DNA from: Podospora anserina
Lineage: Eukaryota
Direction of reading: 5' to 3'
Length of the DNA stretch: 64,000 nt
Assembly: GCA_017654855.1 (NCBI GenBank)
Contig: CM030335.1
Location: forward strand, 1,860,001 to 1,924,000
Both the position numbers and the translations under genes were made by a program. The notes under the pieces were generated by a model, which saw nothing but the letters and a program-made list of their open reading frames with translations, was not told the DNA's origin and ran no database searches. Positions 47,201-59,189 of the stretch are shown in pieces. Positions within the stretch are counted from its first letter, which is position 1. Every line of letters starts with the position of its first letter.

Positions 47201-49074
47201 AACTTGAAATTCCTCTTCGATTCCGAAATGTTGTTGGTGGAAGAAGCGCCCTTGCCTTTTACACGCTTGATCCTTCGCCACACAGCTCCAGACTTGGTGC
47301 TGAGAATCACCGAACCATTTTCCCCGACACCAACCGAACAGACCCCGTCCTTACTGGCATTCCAGATCCGTTGAGGTGCCGTCACGGCGCCCTTGAGCTT
47401 GGACGGGTTCGTCGTCGATGTGGCCGGTGGGTTCGTTTCCATCTTGTGATCCAGATTCATGGTGAACAAATCACCCCGTTTCGTCAACGCCGCAATGGTT
47501 TCTCCGCCCGAGGTGATGTAGCTGACCTGATTCCAACCTACTTCATGCCGATTTGACAATCTGAGGTTGCCGATGTAGTCAAAGCTCGCGAATGGGAATT
47601 TGACAATATGATAACCATAGCCCGTGAAGATGCATACTGTGTGGTTCTGCAGCAGGATGGTTGTCGCCTTGTCAATGGCGCTGACCATGACAATCGGCGA
47701 CGAGAAAAGGGACGCGGCCACCTTTCTAGGGGTTTGCTGGTGTTCAAGCGATCTCGAGTCAGCATCCATCAAGGCCAGCTGGCCAAGATTCTTGCCCCAG
47801 CAGTAAAGCGATGCACCCGTGTGAGCAACCGAGTGTACCGATGAGGCAGCGACGCCAAGAACAACCTCCTTTTTCAAGGCACCAAAAACTTGACGAGGTA
47901 TGGTGCTGATGGGCTCCTCGTCCTTCCTCGCCGGAGCAGGAAGCGCATACCCTAGCTGTGACTGGGCATTGCTGCCCCAGGTCCACAAAGCACCCGTGTC
48001 ATCAACAGCCATGGTGTGATTTTGTCCCAGAGCCACCTGGACAACCCTGCGATCGACAAAGGGGCCCTGCACAGGAACGTAGGTGAAGCGCGTGTTCTCA
48101 TCACCGAGACCCAGCCGGCCACCACGTCCAACACCGCAGATGTAAAGGTTAGAAACCGGATCTGTTGTTAGAACTGCACTGTGGAGCTTGGAGAGCACGA
48201 CATCCTGCATCATCAATGGCCGGTTCAGGACCAAAGCAGGAATCTTGGACAGATCCTGTGACGCCGGTCGTTGGGCGCCGATTTCTTCGAGATACTCATT
48301 GTAAAATCGTTGCAGGAGGTGGTCTGGGCGGTTCAGAAACACTCTCTCGGGAAACTGACGATCGTCCTCGTCCCCAAAGCCCAAGGACAGGTTTCTGTTG
48401 CTTCCAAAGGCATACAGGTCTTCTCCGATGCCGTTCCGGTGACTCGCGGCTGTGATGCTCTCAACAGTTTCCTCCGGGTCATCACTATCCGACCCATCGT
48501 CAGCCACTTGGGCACTATCCCAATCCTTCAAATTACGTTCTCCAATCGTCGAGTTGTACAAGTCAAACGGACTGTTGCCTTCGTGGTCCTTCGTCTTGAT
48601 AAGCTGTCCCACTCGGTTTACCGAAACCATGTGCCCTGTCAAGTCGGCGCGTTCCTTTTCAAGAAGCATCCTCGCAATGGAAATGTTGCCCGCATACAGA
48701 GCCCTGTGGAGCGCATTCCAGCCACTCTCCGGGTCCTGGGCGTAAATGTCAATGGCGGGGTGCCCGAGCAGAGCTTCGACAAAAGAAACGGCGTTTTCGG
48801 CGGTCGAGGAGGCTGCGCGCAGCAATATCGTCAGACCGGCATGGTCACGGCTGTTGACTTCGTTCCGACCAAGCGATCCATTCCCATGCCCCTGAGTCTT
48901 GCGCGACTTTGGAGTCGGTCTCGGTGGCGTGCCATGGCCATGGCCAGGACTCCCCGCAGCCCCTATGTTCGAACTCCGCGCGGCATTCTGAGCGCCGTGG
49001 CCGGCGGGCGAGAGGAGGCGTCGAAACTTGTCGATATCGTCTTCCCAGTAGGATTTCCACAAGAGATGAGTCAT
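44293..49074 (-). CDS. Ankyrin-RCC1-BTB/POZ protein (IBtk / S. pombe Btb1-like Cul3 adaptor) with an RG/RGG-rich tail
   Basis: Single long ORF, first ATG at 49074 (MTHLLWKSYW). Ankyrin DPESGWNALHRALYAGN, RCC1 repeats (GRGGRLGLG, WTWGSNAQSQLG), two BTB motifs (IPVHSWLLSARS, VHSRFLCRRCPWF), SLEEIQQEQAFQEWW. Confidence 0.9.
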   Translation of the reverse strand: MTHLLWKSYWEDDIDKFRRLLSPAGHGAQNAARSSNIGAAGSPGHGHGTPPRPTPKSRKTQGHGNGSLGRNEVNSRDHAGLTILLRAASSTAENAVSFVEALLGHPAIDIYAQDPESGWNALHRALYAGNISIARMLLEKERADLTGHMVSVNRVGQLIKTKDHEGNSPFDLYNSTIGERNLKDWDSAQVADDGSDSDDPEETVESITAASHRNGIGEDLYAFGSNRNLSLGFGDEDDRQFPERVFLNRPDHLLQRFYNEYLEEIGAQRPASQDLSKIPALVLNRPLMMQDVVLSKLHSAVLTTDPVSNLYICGVGRGGRLGLGDENTRFTYVPVQGPFVDRRVVQVALGQNHTMAVDDTGALWTWGSNAQSQLGYALPAPARKDEEPISTIPRQVFGALKKEVVLGVAASSVHSVAHTGASLYCWGKNLGQLALMDADSRSLEHQQTPRKVAASLFSSPIVMVSAIDKATTILLQNHTVCIFTGYGYHIVKFPFASFDYIGNLRLSNRHEVGWNQVSYITSGGETIAALTKRGDLFTMNLDHKMETNPPATSTTNPSKLKGAVTAPQRIWNASKDGVCSVGVGENGSVILSTKSGAVWRRIKRVKGKGASSTNNISESKRNFKFQRVPYITKVATVRASAYGAFAAIREDSEVMKQQLAVDEQALWDDVAPLNCLEGFEASEDGESTQESRKFWENPDLEARLGDIAYEILRSPDLERDLAQHLATWGCRNEPLDTVVCVSSAPELKIPVHSWLLSARSSVLRRALSEFRGTGSYAHELFTVHKDDDDGSKTVVCLQGLDLLTLLNLVLFAYRDRVVPVWNYTRHAPALAYRYRQVRLEVMRLAARLEMHNLEAAARLQVEPERCMDEDFRAALKGDRRRFFEDGDALLELDGTEVAVHSRFLCRRCPWFEGLFFGRSGGGWLAGRRQQEERIIRLDMKHMDSTAFGYVLQYLYADTGDELFDSAVCDTFDDFLDLVMEVMSTANYLMLDRLAQICQKVMGRFANIRNIAHFLNAIGPCSVTEFKDAGLEYICLQLETMLENHLLDELDEDLLLELDAVVRDNQLAHYPYLASYRAQLSSQLDDAGLAEDVLEERQVRVREMGFKVQKEEERKMGVVSGRTKFGSLEEGSLFTPTPDRVRKGRNEPFSPDLKAKGEQGDMMFDMEGEEEDDSSPINSPSLRPRKTGEVPAEDKIAPLGSSVKGKGKKVWMSLEQSSPPVSPYSAPSPAKPTLAATRPVDVGGTTPVKTGTPWGGAAAVLTEKLDLRGIIQSESPKSALSAGLAAQKVKEGGAPRPAQGKMSQKEKKRQQQAEKDAQLAMAASKAEQQSKNAWERAKDESASAAPWKLATIKGRGGPKPPAQPSPQLLPPAVKPVQTIRNASPDTRFAGQRSTPSSSAPKPSAVPAKKEEPLVPHSKNYIVPAHKLERDLMAGFTMEDIMQQEIRVKESVKEAAAKRSLEEIQQEQAFQEWWDAEEKRMREEERRLGGVGAGGSKKEGGNKRGRRGRRGGGGGGEGERGDKARGVGEGNARGGGGGRGKRGGGGGGEGGKGEKGGGGAGPSRENRGRGRGRGGRREQSGTSGPAAAVAVGEGS

Positions 49075-50324
49075 TAGCAGTCGATGATGGCTGAGGCCGG
49101 CCGCGAGAGTCCTCCAGGCGCTTCGATGTTTGCGCACCTCGCTGTGGTCTCTGTGGATCACGGCTTTTTTAAAGGTGCTGTGTAGAAGCGCAAGAAAGAC
49201 GTCCCCCGGAAACGTGCGTTGATGTCTCGGTCAATGGCCCTCGTCAGAAACACAATGCTGAGTGAGAATTTCGTTGCAAGTGGCAACTTCGGCGCAATGA
49301 CGCGGATACTTTGGGAGCTCGGTCAGATATGGGACGCGCGGGTGCGATAAGGGTCGAGTATGTCGATGTCTGGTGCAGTGGCTCTCGAATTCGGTGAGTG
49401 TCTGGTCGAAAATAGGAGTCGGCGACGCGGTGGCTACGAGGTGTCTAGGAAAAGGAGATGACAAATGGCAAATTGCTGGGGAATAATGCCTCCGTGAATC
49501 GTGTGCGCAACCATCATCTTGATAACCCCGCGCCAGTGCCGGGCAGCCCCCTGGTCGGGAATGCGCCGCTATCCAGCCAATCGGGTGCCATGCTTCAGGG
49601 TCATGTTCCAAGCTCTCGCCATCAAGAGCCTGCAACCACTACAATAGGTAATCACTGCTGGTACTAACCTATGCCTGTCGGTCTGTAGCATTGGAAACGT
49701 GCGGCTGGTCCACCAACTTGTCGGTTCTTATCCATGCATGTCAAGATCTAGTCTGGCGGGGCATTCTTGATGGCGCTTGTGGGAGCTGGGGGAGCTTTGG
49801 GTGATGAGGTCTGTGCTGATGGCTGATCCAATCCAATGGCTGATGGATGTCCCAGCCCTGCGGTGTCACTGAATGCAGCAGAGAAATGCAGACGATCCGA
49901 TGCATTCAGCCTCTTCCCTTGACGATAGCTTAGAGATATATGACATTATTCTATGCCGGTAGTCAAAACATAGATCAGGTTATATGGGTCACTCGAAAAC
50001 AGTTCAACATTAGGTAATCCCACCAAACATCCAAACCCCCCTGTCGCGATGTGAGGCTGGGATGAGCCTCCGATGTCGTTCCCCCCGCGTGGGTTTGGCT
50101 GTGAAAATGTGGGGTGGCAGCCCGCCGCATCCAGAACCAAACTTCGGCGTTGCGTGTAGCGCTCTCCGGTCGGTTACTGAGTTCGGGTTGTAGTGGCAGT
50201 CAACGACACCTTTTTTTTTCGCTTCACATTTCTTCGTGATACCCTTTTTTTATTTTTTCCCTTTCACTCGTAGCCAGCCTGCAGCCGTTCCCGCACCACC
50301 GTCCACCCCCAACACATCTCCACA

Positions 50325-51595
50325 ATGGCGTCCGAAAAGGCCCCCCTCCCGTTTGTCTACACCTTCATGGCTGGTGAGTTGCTGCTGCCGTCCGGCCCAT
50401 CCGCCAAAAACAACTCAGCCAAGACCCAAGACCGAGAGATGCTGACCATGACTGCCCACCACAGGCGCCATCGCCGGCGTGTCGGAGGCAAGTTGTTGTA
50501 ACAAACCATACTCTAGTCATTTGGCCTGCTAACATGCAAGCACACATAGATTTTGGTCATGTAAGTTGCTCTGACGCCTGCTGCTCGCGTGCCCCACGAT
50601 GCTAACCGCCGCCCTACTTCCCCAGGTACCCCCTTGACGTTGTCAAGACCAGAGTGTAAGACCAAGCATACACATATACGACACCAATCCTGCCCGGCAA
50701 GCTGACAAGAGAGGATCAGACAACTCCAAACCGGCAAGGCCGCCGCCGGCGCCGACACCTACAATGGCATGTTCGACTGCTTCTCCAAGATCATCCGCAA
50801 CGAGGGGTATGCGCCAAGTTCTTTTTCATAATGAGAAGACACCATGACCAGACCCCGTTAACACCCCCCCCTCTCCCCAGCTTCTCCCGCCTCTACCGCG
50901 GCATCACCGCCCCCATCCTCATGGAGGCCCCGAAGCGCGCCACCAAGTTCGCCGCCAACGACAAGTGGGGCAAGTTCTACCGTGAGCTCTTCGGCCAAAC
51001 CCAAATGACCCAATCCCTCTCCGTCCTCACCGGCGCCTCCGCCGGCGCCACCGAGTCCTTCGTCGTCGTCCCCTTCGAGCTCGTCAAGATCCGCCTCCAA
51101 GACAAGGCCTCGGCCGGCCGGTACAACGGCATGATCGACGTCGTCGTGAAGACGGTCCGCAACGAGGGCATCCTCGCCATGTACAACGGCCTCGAGTCCA
51201 CCCTCTGGCGCCACATCCTCTGGAACGCCGGCTACTTTGGCTGCATCTTCCAGGTCCGCCAGCTCATCCCAAAGGCCGAGACGAAGCAGGGCCAGATGAC
51301 AAACGACATCATCGCCGGCTCCGTCGGCGGCACCGTCGGCACCATCCTCAACACCCCCATGGACGTCGTCAAGTCCAGGATCCAAAACACCGTCAAGGTC
51401 GCCGGCCAGACGCCAAAGTACAACTGGGCCTGGCCCGGCGTCGCCACCATCGCCAAGGAGGAAGGGTTCGGCGCTCTGTACAAGGGCTTTGTTCCCAAGG
51501 TTCTCCGTCTCGGCCCTGGCGGCGGTATCCTCCTGGTCGTGTACACTGGGGTGATGGACTTTTTCCGCAACATGAGGGAGGCCAAGGGTCTTTAA
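50325..51595 (+). CDS. ODC1: Mitochondrial 2-oxodicarboxylate carrier (Odc1/2). Exons 50325-50373, 50465-50487, 50550-50560, 50626-50655, 50720-50806, 50881-51595
   Basis: Spliced N-terminus PLPFVYTFMAGAIAGVSEILVMYPLDVVKTRVQLQ. Three carrier signatures (PLDVVKTR, PFELVKIR, PMDVVKSR), plus MEAPKRATKFAAND and PKVLRLGPGGG. Confidence 0.93.
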
Positions 51596-52011
51596 ACTGG
51601 TCTTTTTGTGAAGCACGCACGCAGCGCTATGAGTTCAAAAAACGGAGAATGAAAAAGGGATGATAGATACCCCCAGGGCGGCAAGCGGCAAACGGTGGTG
51701 GCGGGCGCAATAGTTTTTACCAACTGCCCATATTTTCATACAATTTTCCTGTACATACACAATACATCTAGAGATACAGATTCGCACAAAGAGGCTAGAA
51801 AGCACACCCAAAAAGGGGGTTTGAATTTTGATAATTTGCGTAGACAAAATCGTATGTTTTGGAATGCTGTGATCATTGCAATAGTGTTTTCCGTGAGAAT
51901 GTTATGCTATATAAAGGAACGAAAAAGAAGGGTGGGATAAAAATGGTCAGAACAATTGTTATTCTGAGCAAAAGAAATGTGTGACTTCCCAGTTGAAAGA
52001 TAGAGTTATGA

Positions 52012-52083
52012 TGCCCACAGCCAGAATCGAACTGACGACCTCATCATTACTAGTGATGCGCTCTACCACTGAGCCATGCGGGC
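52012..52083 (-). tRNA. tRNA-Thr (anticodon AGT), identical to the copy at 34625-34696
   Basis: Same 72-nt sequence with different flanks. Confidence 0.97.
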
Positions 52084-52989
52084 TTTTGTTTGGTGATTTG
52101 ATGAAGATCTTCTCCGGCGGTTACCCCTATGTCGCTAGTGCCAAATTCTTTTTTCGTTGTTCGAACAGACAATCATAAGAGAACAGGTAAAGGAATCACC
52201 TTGTTGTTATTGTTGTTGTTTTTGCTGTTTGTCAGTTTGATGGTCTTGGTGTCTGTGGTGGGGAACTCACCCTGGAAGGACAAAGCACAGGGTTGTTGAG
52301 CAAAAAGTTGGGAAGAAAATTGCAACTGTGACTGAAGAAGGGGCATCTCCGTAATGTCATCGATCAAGATAGGGTTGACAACCAGCCCAGTGGATTTCCC
52401 AGCTTGGTTGAGCCTCGGCCTTCTCAGTCGGAATGTAACAAAATGCGTCTTCCCAAGATTTGAATTCATGGTATATAGATAATAGGATGGATATGTGTGC
52501 AAAATGCTTGAACGACAAACAGGCATATGCCCATTAGCCATCGCGATTCGAATGTCAGTCTCCTCGAAACAACAGCAGTGGTATCAGCAACTCAGCGAGC
52601 TCTCGCACTACACCAAGCCATTGTTCCCTGTCATCTCACCCACGTCTTCACAATTCTCGCCTTCTCCCGAATCGGCATCAACCAAGTCCGTTTACTCCCT
52701 GCCAAAAGCCCTCCACAACCGGCTCTAGCATGCCCCCTTCCGCTAGGCAAAGACGGTGTAGCAGCAATGCCAAAAAGGTCGTGCCATGGAGGGCGATAGG
52801 GCCCGATATCTCGTCGCCATCCAGCTTGGCCACATTCAACCATTTCTCGACTTCCACATTACCGGTAAATGCGTCGTTGTTGGAAATTTGACAGACCCGG
52901 CTCGGCTTCGCCTCCTCCAACGGGCGGCTTCCTCCTAGTTAACCACTAACGTGGCGTCCCTTCAACACTCATCCACCCCTCCTATCCTC

Positions 52990-55900
52990 TCACCCCAAGC
53001 CCTGACCACCCACAAACTTTCCCAACGGTGTCCGATCCCTTGGTTTCTCAATCAGATCCCCATACCCGTCCAGCCCCGCCGCCATAATCCTCAAAATCTC
53101 AAAGATATGCGCCCCCTTGAACGTTTCCGCCCACAGCCTCACTACCGCACAAGCTAGCTGTCGAAGCTTTGTGCTATCCGTCGAAGCAGAAGCATTCATG
53201 TCGATCGAACGGGACTGGTGATGGCCCCCGCCGTGGTGATTAGCCGACGACGAAGCTCCCCCATTCCCGCCACCCAACGAAGGATCAATCGGCACGGCGA
53301 ATTCTGTCTCGTCGAGCATCCGGCAAACCATGTCCAAAACATGTTTCTCCTCCACTGACAGAGGTTGGTCGGCCGGGCCTATGGCGGAGAGCGTCAAGAG
53401 CCACTTGGAAAGAAGGATGGCGCATTCGAGATTGCACACTATTCCACTCGGTTAGTACCACTTCATATCAGAGTCAAACCGAAGAAACACCTACAAGAAT
53501 GCTGCATGCTCCACTCCAAACTCTTCGTCCTCGCCACATAGTTCACCCCTACCTTCACCAAATGGGCCAGCGCATGCACAGCCGGTACCACCGCTCCGTT
53601 CAGCCTCTTGTTTCTCACCAACAGCGGTGCGTCACTGAACGCTGACGCAATCAACACATGATCCCTCGTCTCCAGACTCCGGCTGGGGCTCAAGTCGGTG
53701 TAAAGCCTGATGTACGCCAGCCTCAACAGCGCTGCCGAGTTGAAAGCCACTGGTCCGCCAGAAAAGTTGTCTGCCGATGCCGGTCCTCCTGATTCGTTCG
53801 CCCTAATCTGCCGATGCTGCTCTACTCCGGTCTGCCACACCCGCAAAGCGTGAGTAACGTCTTCGACGTCTTCCGGCTTCATCCCCCGTCGAAAGTCGTA
53901 TGGCGAGAGGCTGGTAAACGATGTCTGCTTGAGAAGGAAGATATGCTGAATGAGGGCGTGGATGAGAACATAGTTTCCGAGCGAGGTAAGCGGTGGAGGT
54001 GGAACTTGAGACGAGCGGTTGAGAAGCCTCATAAACGCGTCTTGCAGGGTGATGTCGACAAATTGGCAGGTCTGGCGTGCTTCTTGCCACTGCCAGCTTG
54101 TCTCTGCCCTCCATAGTCGAGACGGGCTGGGCAGGAAGAGGTGAACATCGGATGTTAGTAACATTGGCGGGGTGTTGTAAGCGATGCTGCAGAGATTGAA
54201 GAAGCAAAATGCGACAAGCTTCGTGCGAGTGGCCGATTCATGTCGGACCCAGGTCTCGTGGTCAACTGTCTGTTGGTTAGACTCCCCGACCAGTCCCTCC
54301 TCCCGGACTAGCACAGCGAGTTGGCTCTGCAAGCCAAGGGCTTCCTGGAGGATGGCTTTGGGGCCCCAGAGCCCAACCGAAAACAGCAAAAGGATGGCTT
54401 GGATGGTCTCAAGACGGGCGTGTGGAGTGTTTGGAGAACTGGAGTGTTTGTTAGCAAACTTCAGACCAGATGCAGGGAAGGGATCATTACTAAGGCTCTC
54501 TGTGCGTCTCCTGAGTCATGGGGCGGTCTTGATGTACTGACGGAAACGAGTGCCTGAAACCGGAGCTTGGGGAGGGTCGAGTCGAGTGCGGGCTGTAGGC
54601 GGCTGGTGTCGGAAGCAATCCATGTACCTCATGGCTATGTCTTCGGCGAATCTGTTCCAGGGCCACAGCCTTTGCAGCATACCACAGGGCATGGCCGCGG
54701 TTTGTTTCAAAACGGTACTGAGCTCCCACCGCAAGGACGGCCAGCAAGAGCTCGGGTGCCAAATCTATGGGTGCCAGGCTTGGTAAATGGAGAAAAGGTA
54801 GGTGTTCATGGAACCCACTGATGTATCCGTCGAGAAACCTGTTGAGAGTATGTCGAGATGGAAACACAAAGTCGTTGGGAAGCACCGACGAAAACTCATC
54901 CAGCCTGTTTTTGACGGCGATATGATTCGCTCCGGCAATTCTCCAGTTGGGAGCCTGCATCCCATCTTCATGCATCCTTGAACCGTCATTTGGATCTCGG
55001 GCATCAGGCTGCAGTGACGGGAATCGAGACGGGAAGGCAGAAGCAGGCTTCGACGGCCCACGCATGTCGCCCCCTAGACGAGACCACGATCCGAAACCTT
55101 GGTCCATTTCGAGCCCTGGTGGGAGGAAATGCTGCGTCCCATAATCATCCAAAAACAAATTGTAATCCTCAAAAGGGGCCGGCTGGGTCTGGTATACACC
55201 AGACATGACACCCGGGTCCTGCTCCCGAACACGATCCCCGTAAGGGTTACTGTCGTGATATGTTTTCACCGGAGCAAGCGGCGGCGGAGGCGGCTGGTGG
55301 TCCGAGATGCCGGACATCATGGATGGCTGCATGTTGCTGACTTCGCCGGCCGAAGCAAGATGCGTAGCTGCGTCAGATAAGAGGTCGAGATTGCAGGCTG
55401 GCGCCCGCGCTGACATGCGCGGGTCAGGGGCGATCGGCGCGACAACGGTAGGCTGCAAGACTTCCTGTCGATACATTTGATGCGGTGGTGGTTGCGGTTG
55501 CTGCTGCTGCTGCTGCGGTTGCGGTTGCATACCGAGCATCTTGACATCACCATGGTCATCAACAGGTCCCATGCCAGCGCCCGCCGTCGAGGGCTTCCGC
55601 GGTCTGTGGCCACCGCCATCTTTGTTGCTAGCCGCCTCGTTGGAATGGACAAGCTTATGGTGACGGGAGAGCAAATCTCTGATGTCCATGTCAGTATGCT
55701 ATGCTTTCTCGAAGACGGGAGGCAGGTCGGTGCGACGCCGACGGGGCAGACACGATGCGGTGATGTTGAGACTGGGAGGTGACCTGAAGGGCATAGGGCA
55801 TGGAGCATGGAGCATGGAGCATGGAGCATGGAGCATGGGGCATGGGGCATGGGGCATGGGGCACGGGGGTGCTGAGGGGGGTAGTGTGAACCCACGTCCC

Positions 55901-56314
55901 ACGCGCGCCAAACGCATGCAGTTGCGGCAACAGAAGCATACGAGCGAGGTCACCAGGACAGCGGCCCAGCAGAAGCTACCAAGCAGCCAAACTGAGGGGT
56001 CCTGAATAGTGGGATAAAAGATAGTGAGCAGCTTACCGTCGTCCAAAGTGCTTTCCACACCTAGGCCACTCGCAGGAAAAGGGCTTTTCCTTGGTGTGAG
56101 TCCTTTCGTGCCTCTGAACATGTTCCACGCGCCTAATACAGAAGGTAACGTAAGTCAATATGCGACACTTGTTAGGTCCCAGGTAGAGCGGTACCGACCT
56201 GAAGCATTTGCTACAGTACTTGCACGGCAGCGTCTTGGGCTTCTGCTGCCGGGTTTCCCCATTCTCGTCGGCAGTGGCTGGGGCGGGAGTCTCGATGGAT
56301 TGTAGGGGGCGCAT
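52990..56314 (-). CDS. Two-finger C2H2 transcription factor with fungal middle-homology domain (Adr1/AmdX-like architecture). Exons 56314-56199, 56132-56037, 55678-54491, 54438-53495, 53438-52990
   Basis: Spliced CKYCSKCFRRVEHVQRHERTHTKEKPFSCEWPRCGKHFGRRDLLSRHHKLVH, then FHEHLPFLHLPS, LLLAVLAVGAQYRFE, WVRHESATRT. Four GT-AG introns keep the frame. Confidence 0.9.
55791..55867. repeat. 11 tandem heptamers GCATGG(A/G) in intron 2 of the C2H2 gene
   Basis: GCATAGG, 5x GCATGGA, 4x GCATGGG, GCACGGG. Confidence 0.95.
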
Positions 56315-59108
56315 GGCGTGAAGGTACAGACAGCTTGTACTGTATACAGCAGGCCCGGTGGAGAGGGAGGAGAAAGCCACAAAGACTGGAGGGTGTGGGG
56401 GAGGGGGAAAGGGGGAAGAAGAGGGGGGCGGTGGGAAGGGGGAGCTGGGGCCAAATAATTAGACGGCGAGGTTTGCGGGGTGCCGGTGCCGTGTCTGTGT
56501 CGGCGTGAGGGGAGGGACAGGAATGTGTTGGCCGGATCTGGATCTGGATCTGGATCTGGATCAAGCAGCACAAGACATGCTTGGTCCTGTTGCTTGTGTG
56601 TTGTGCGGTGTCGGTAAGATATCAGCCAGATGCTCTCCCCTGAATCCTGACTGGTTGCTTGCTTGCTGGCTGGACGTCACCCCTCTCTGATCCCTGAGAA
56701 ATCACCACGCTTCAATCTTCAAAGACAAAGCAGGCCTTGGAGCAGTCCGACGTCAGATGACGACAAGGCAACAGTTCCGCAGAGATTGCGGGGGTGGGCG
56801 AGAAGTCGAGCTGGGAACTGAGACGGTGTGCGGGAGCGGTGGGCCTGACTCGCTCGTGGGTGTACCGTTTCTCCTCCTCCTGTGGCGCAATCCTGGATTG
56901 GATAAAGGTGAATGTCAAGATTGTTGTAGCTGCTTGGAGGGTTTGGATGGATGGAGGGATGGATGGGTAAGGTCTCCTGAGTGAGATGGAGAGACGTGGA
57001 GAGAGACAGAAGCGGAGAAAAAAGACACAAACAACGATGGAAGATCAGGTCCAGGCACACAAGCAACAAGCGAGGCAGGGGGGCGGGAGAGGTGCGTTTC
57101 CAGCGCCAACAAAAACGCGGAGGCGGGGAAAAAGAGGGACTTCGGTAGTCGGAAGAAACGGAGTGTGGGGAGGAGCTGCAAAGAGGAGCTGCCGCAAAGA
57201 GGAGAACGGCGGCGGCGCGACCAGCTTCCCTTTTCTGGGCTCCAACCGTCTGTGACAGAGATGACCTACACTAGGTGGACATGTCAAAGCAGCATCTGAT
57301 GGTAATTGACAGTACATGACATGGCATGATTTCAGCTATAGCTAGCCAGCTCAATGCTTATCTACAGATAGATACAGCCACCTAACAGCTACAGATAGCA
57401 TGAGTACCTAGGTAGCTGATTGCTCAGGATGACGGCACCTTCAGCCCAGCTGGAAGTTGTTTTGCGGGACTCAAAGAGAAATCTGGGGAAATGTGGGTGT
57501 TTGGTGCACCGAGTGGTCTGTGCTCTCTCTCATCTCCGCATTCAACAGCTGCCAAGATTTCTGACCCGCTGTAGCCCCGCGACGCCATCTCATCTCATCT
57601 TCTCACCCAATCCACCCCCAAAAAAATTGTTCTCGAACACAGCTGAGGGGATCTATTGAGGATAGCACACCGGGTATTCCCATCGTTCTTATTTGTCGAT
57701 ACTCTTTGTATCATTGCTTTTCAGTCTCTTTTCTGTCGCGTCTCCCAGGGCTCAGACCTCCTTCTCTCCAGACTCGAACTCTGCATTATGCCTACGTCAA
57801 TCTTTCCCAACGAACCGCTGCCCTGTTCCCAGTCTTGTCGATGAAAGCAGGCTTTGCCTGATCATCTTGCAGCGAACCACCCGCAACAAAGCGCATCATG
57901 ACAGTCCCATTGACGGTACCCTCGACGGGGGAAAGAGCCGAGCTCTGTGGGTGTTACACTAGAAAGCGGGGTGCATCTCAACCAAAGCACCAAACATCTG
58001 AAAGCCACGGAACCGAGGAACCGTTTTCCAACCTCCTGCTGGTCAGTTTTCGGAGCTCAAACTTTACCAGTCTTGTCCGAGGTCGTGGGGATGTCTAAGT
58101 CAGGATTGTAGATCCAGCGGAGCTGCTAAACGACAGAGACATACCAAGGTATGGCGAACTATCTCGAACACGAGAATCATCAAGTCAACTTTCACATGAT
58201 ATCCCAAGATCCCCAAACAAATCTCTCTCGGAGGATCCCAACGTTCACAAACGCGGAGTACCTTGGTCTCGACGTCAGCAGGTGTTGGAGGTGTGGAGGC
58301 GGGCGCCACTTTGGGGAAAACGCTTGGAGAATTCAACCCCCCTGTTCGCTCCGGATTATCAGTGCGGGGCCCCGCGAAATCCGCTCGCAAAATGCGGAGA
58401 AACGGGAGAGAAACTTGGACGTGCCTGGCCTGGCGGGATGAAGCCCTCATCAACTTCACCGCCCTTCGTCTGATTGTGGTGCGGAACATGAAATACCGTC
58501 GCTCATCTCGTCACTGGCCTCTCTTTGTTAACAACGAAAAACATCCTTTCTTCCGACCCTGAAAACTCCTGGACATTATGATATGGCCGGTTGCCCGTCC
58601 CGGACCTTGACCGCGCCGAACAGCTGGAGCAGCCAGGGGCGGCAGGTTCAAGAGGTTCAGATCAGCAAGACGCATGTGAGTATAGATACCTGGACAGACT
58701 ACGTACTGGACTATCTTGACGGCGGCAACAAAAGTGTACGCGGCGTGTGTGGGTTGGAGAAGCATGGGGAATCTGCACCGATAGTAACACCTCGCCTACA
58801 CCCGACGTCTTCCCCAGGTATTGAGCCTACTATCGCATCCAATATGTCGCCTGCGTCTTTGAAAATAGGCAAAATGCACTGCGTCTGGAGGCCCAAGACT
58901 GTCTGCCTGCCGCCGCCGGTCGTGAGCCGAATATCGCCAGGTGGATGATAGCTTCCCGGCCTCACTGGTGGTGTATCCATGACAAAACAGCCCCTTCTCA
59001 GAGCGTGTGACACCTGTGAGAACACAGACCTCCTCTTTCCCCCACGGCTTGCTCAGCATCCAGGGCCTGAGGGGGTGCTCGTTGATCATAGGTTGATGCC
59101 CAAGCTCA

Positions 59109-59114
<6 letters not shown>

Positions 59115-59186
<72 letters not shown>
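59115..59186. repeat. (GA)36 microsatellite
   Basis: Perfect 72-bp GA run. Confidence 0.97.

Positions 59187-59189
<3 letters not shown>

Noticed and set aside
34984-49074. HSE1-ATG13-BTB as a functional proteostasis cluster
   Set aside because: Co-orientation of three housekeeping genes is unremarkable and no shared regulatory element was seen.
50858-51616. 252-aa ORF antisense to ODC1 (likewise 36290-37156, 61476-62306 and those opposite the BTB gene)
   Set aside because: Codon-bias shadows of well-supported genes.
54490-54492. In-frame TAG in the C2H2 gene as an A-to-I editing-corrected stop
   Set aside because: It overlaps a normal intron donor (TA|GTAATG) with a branch site and acceptor, so splicing removes it.
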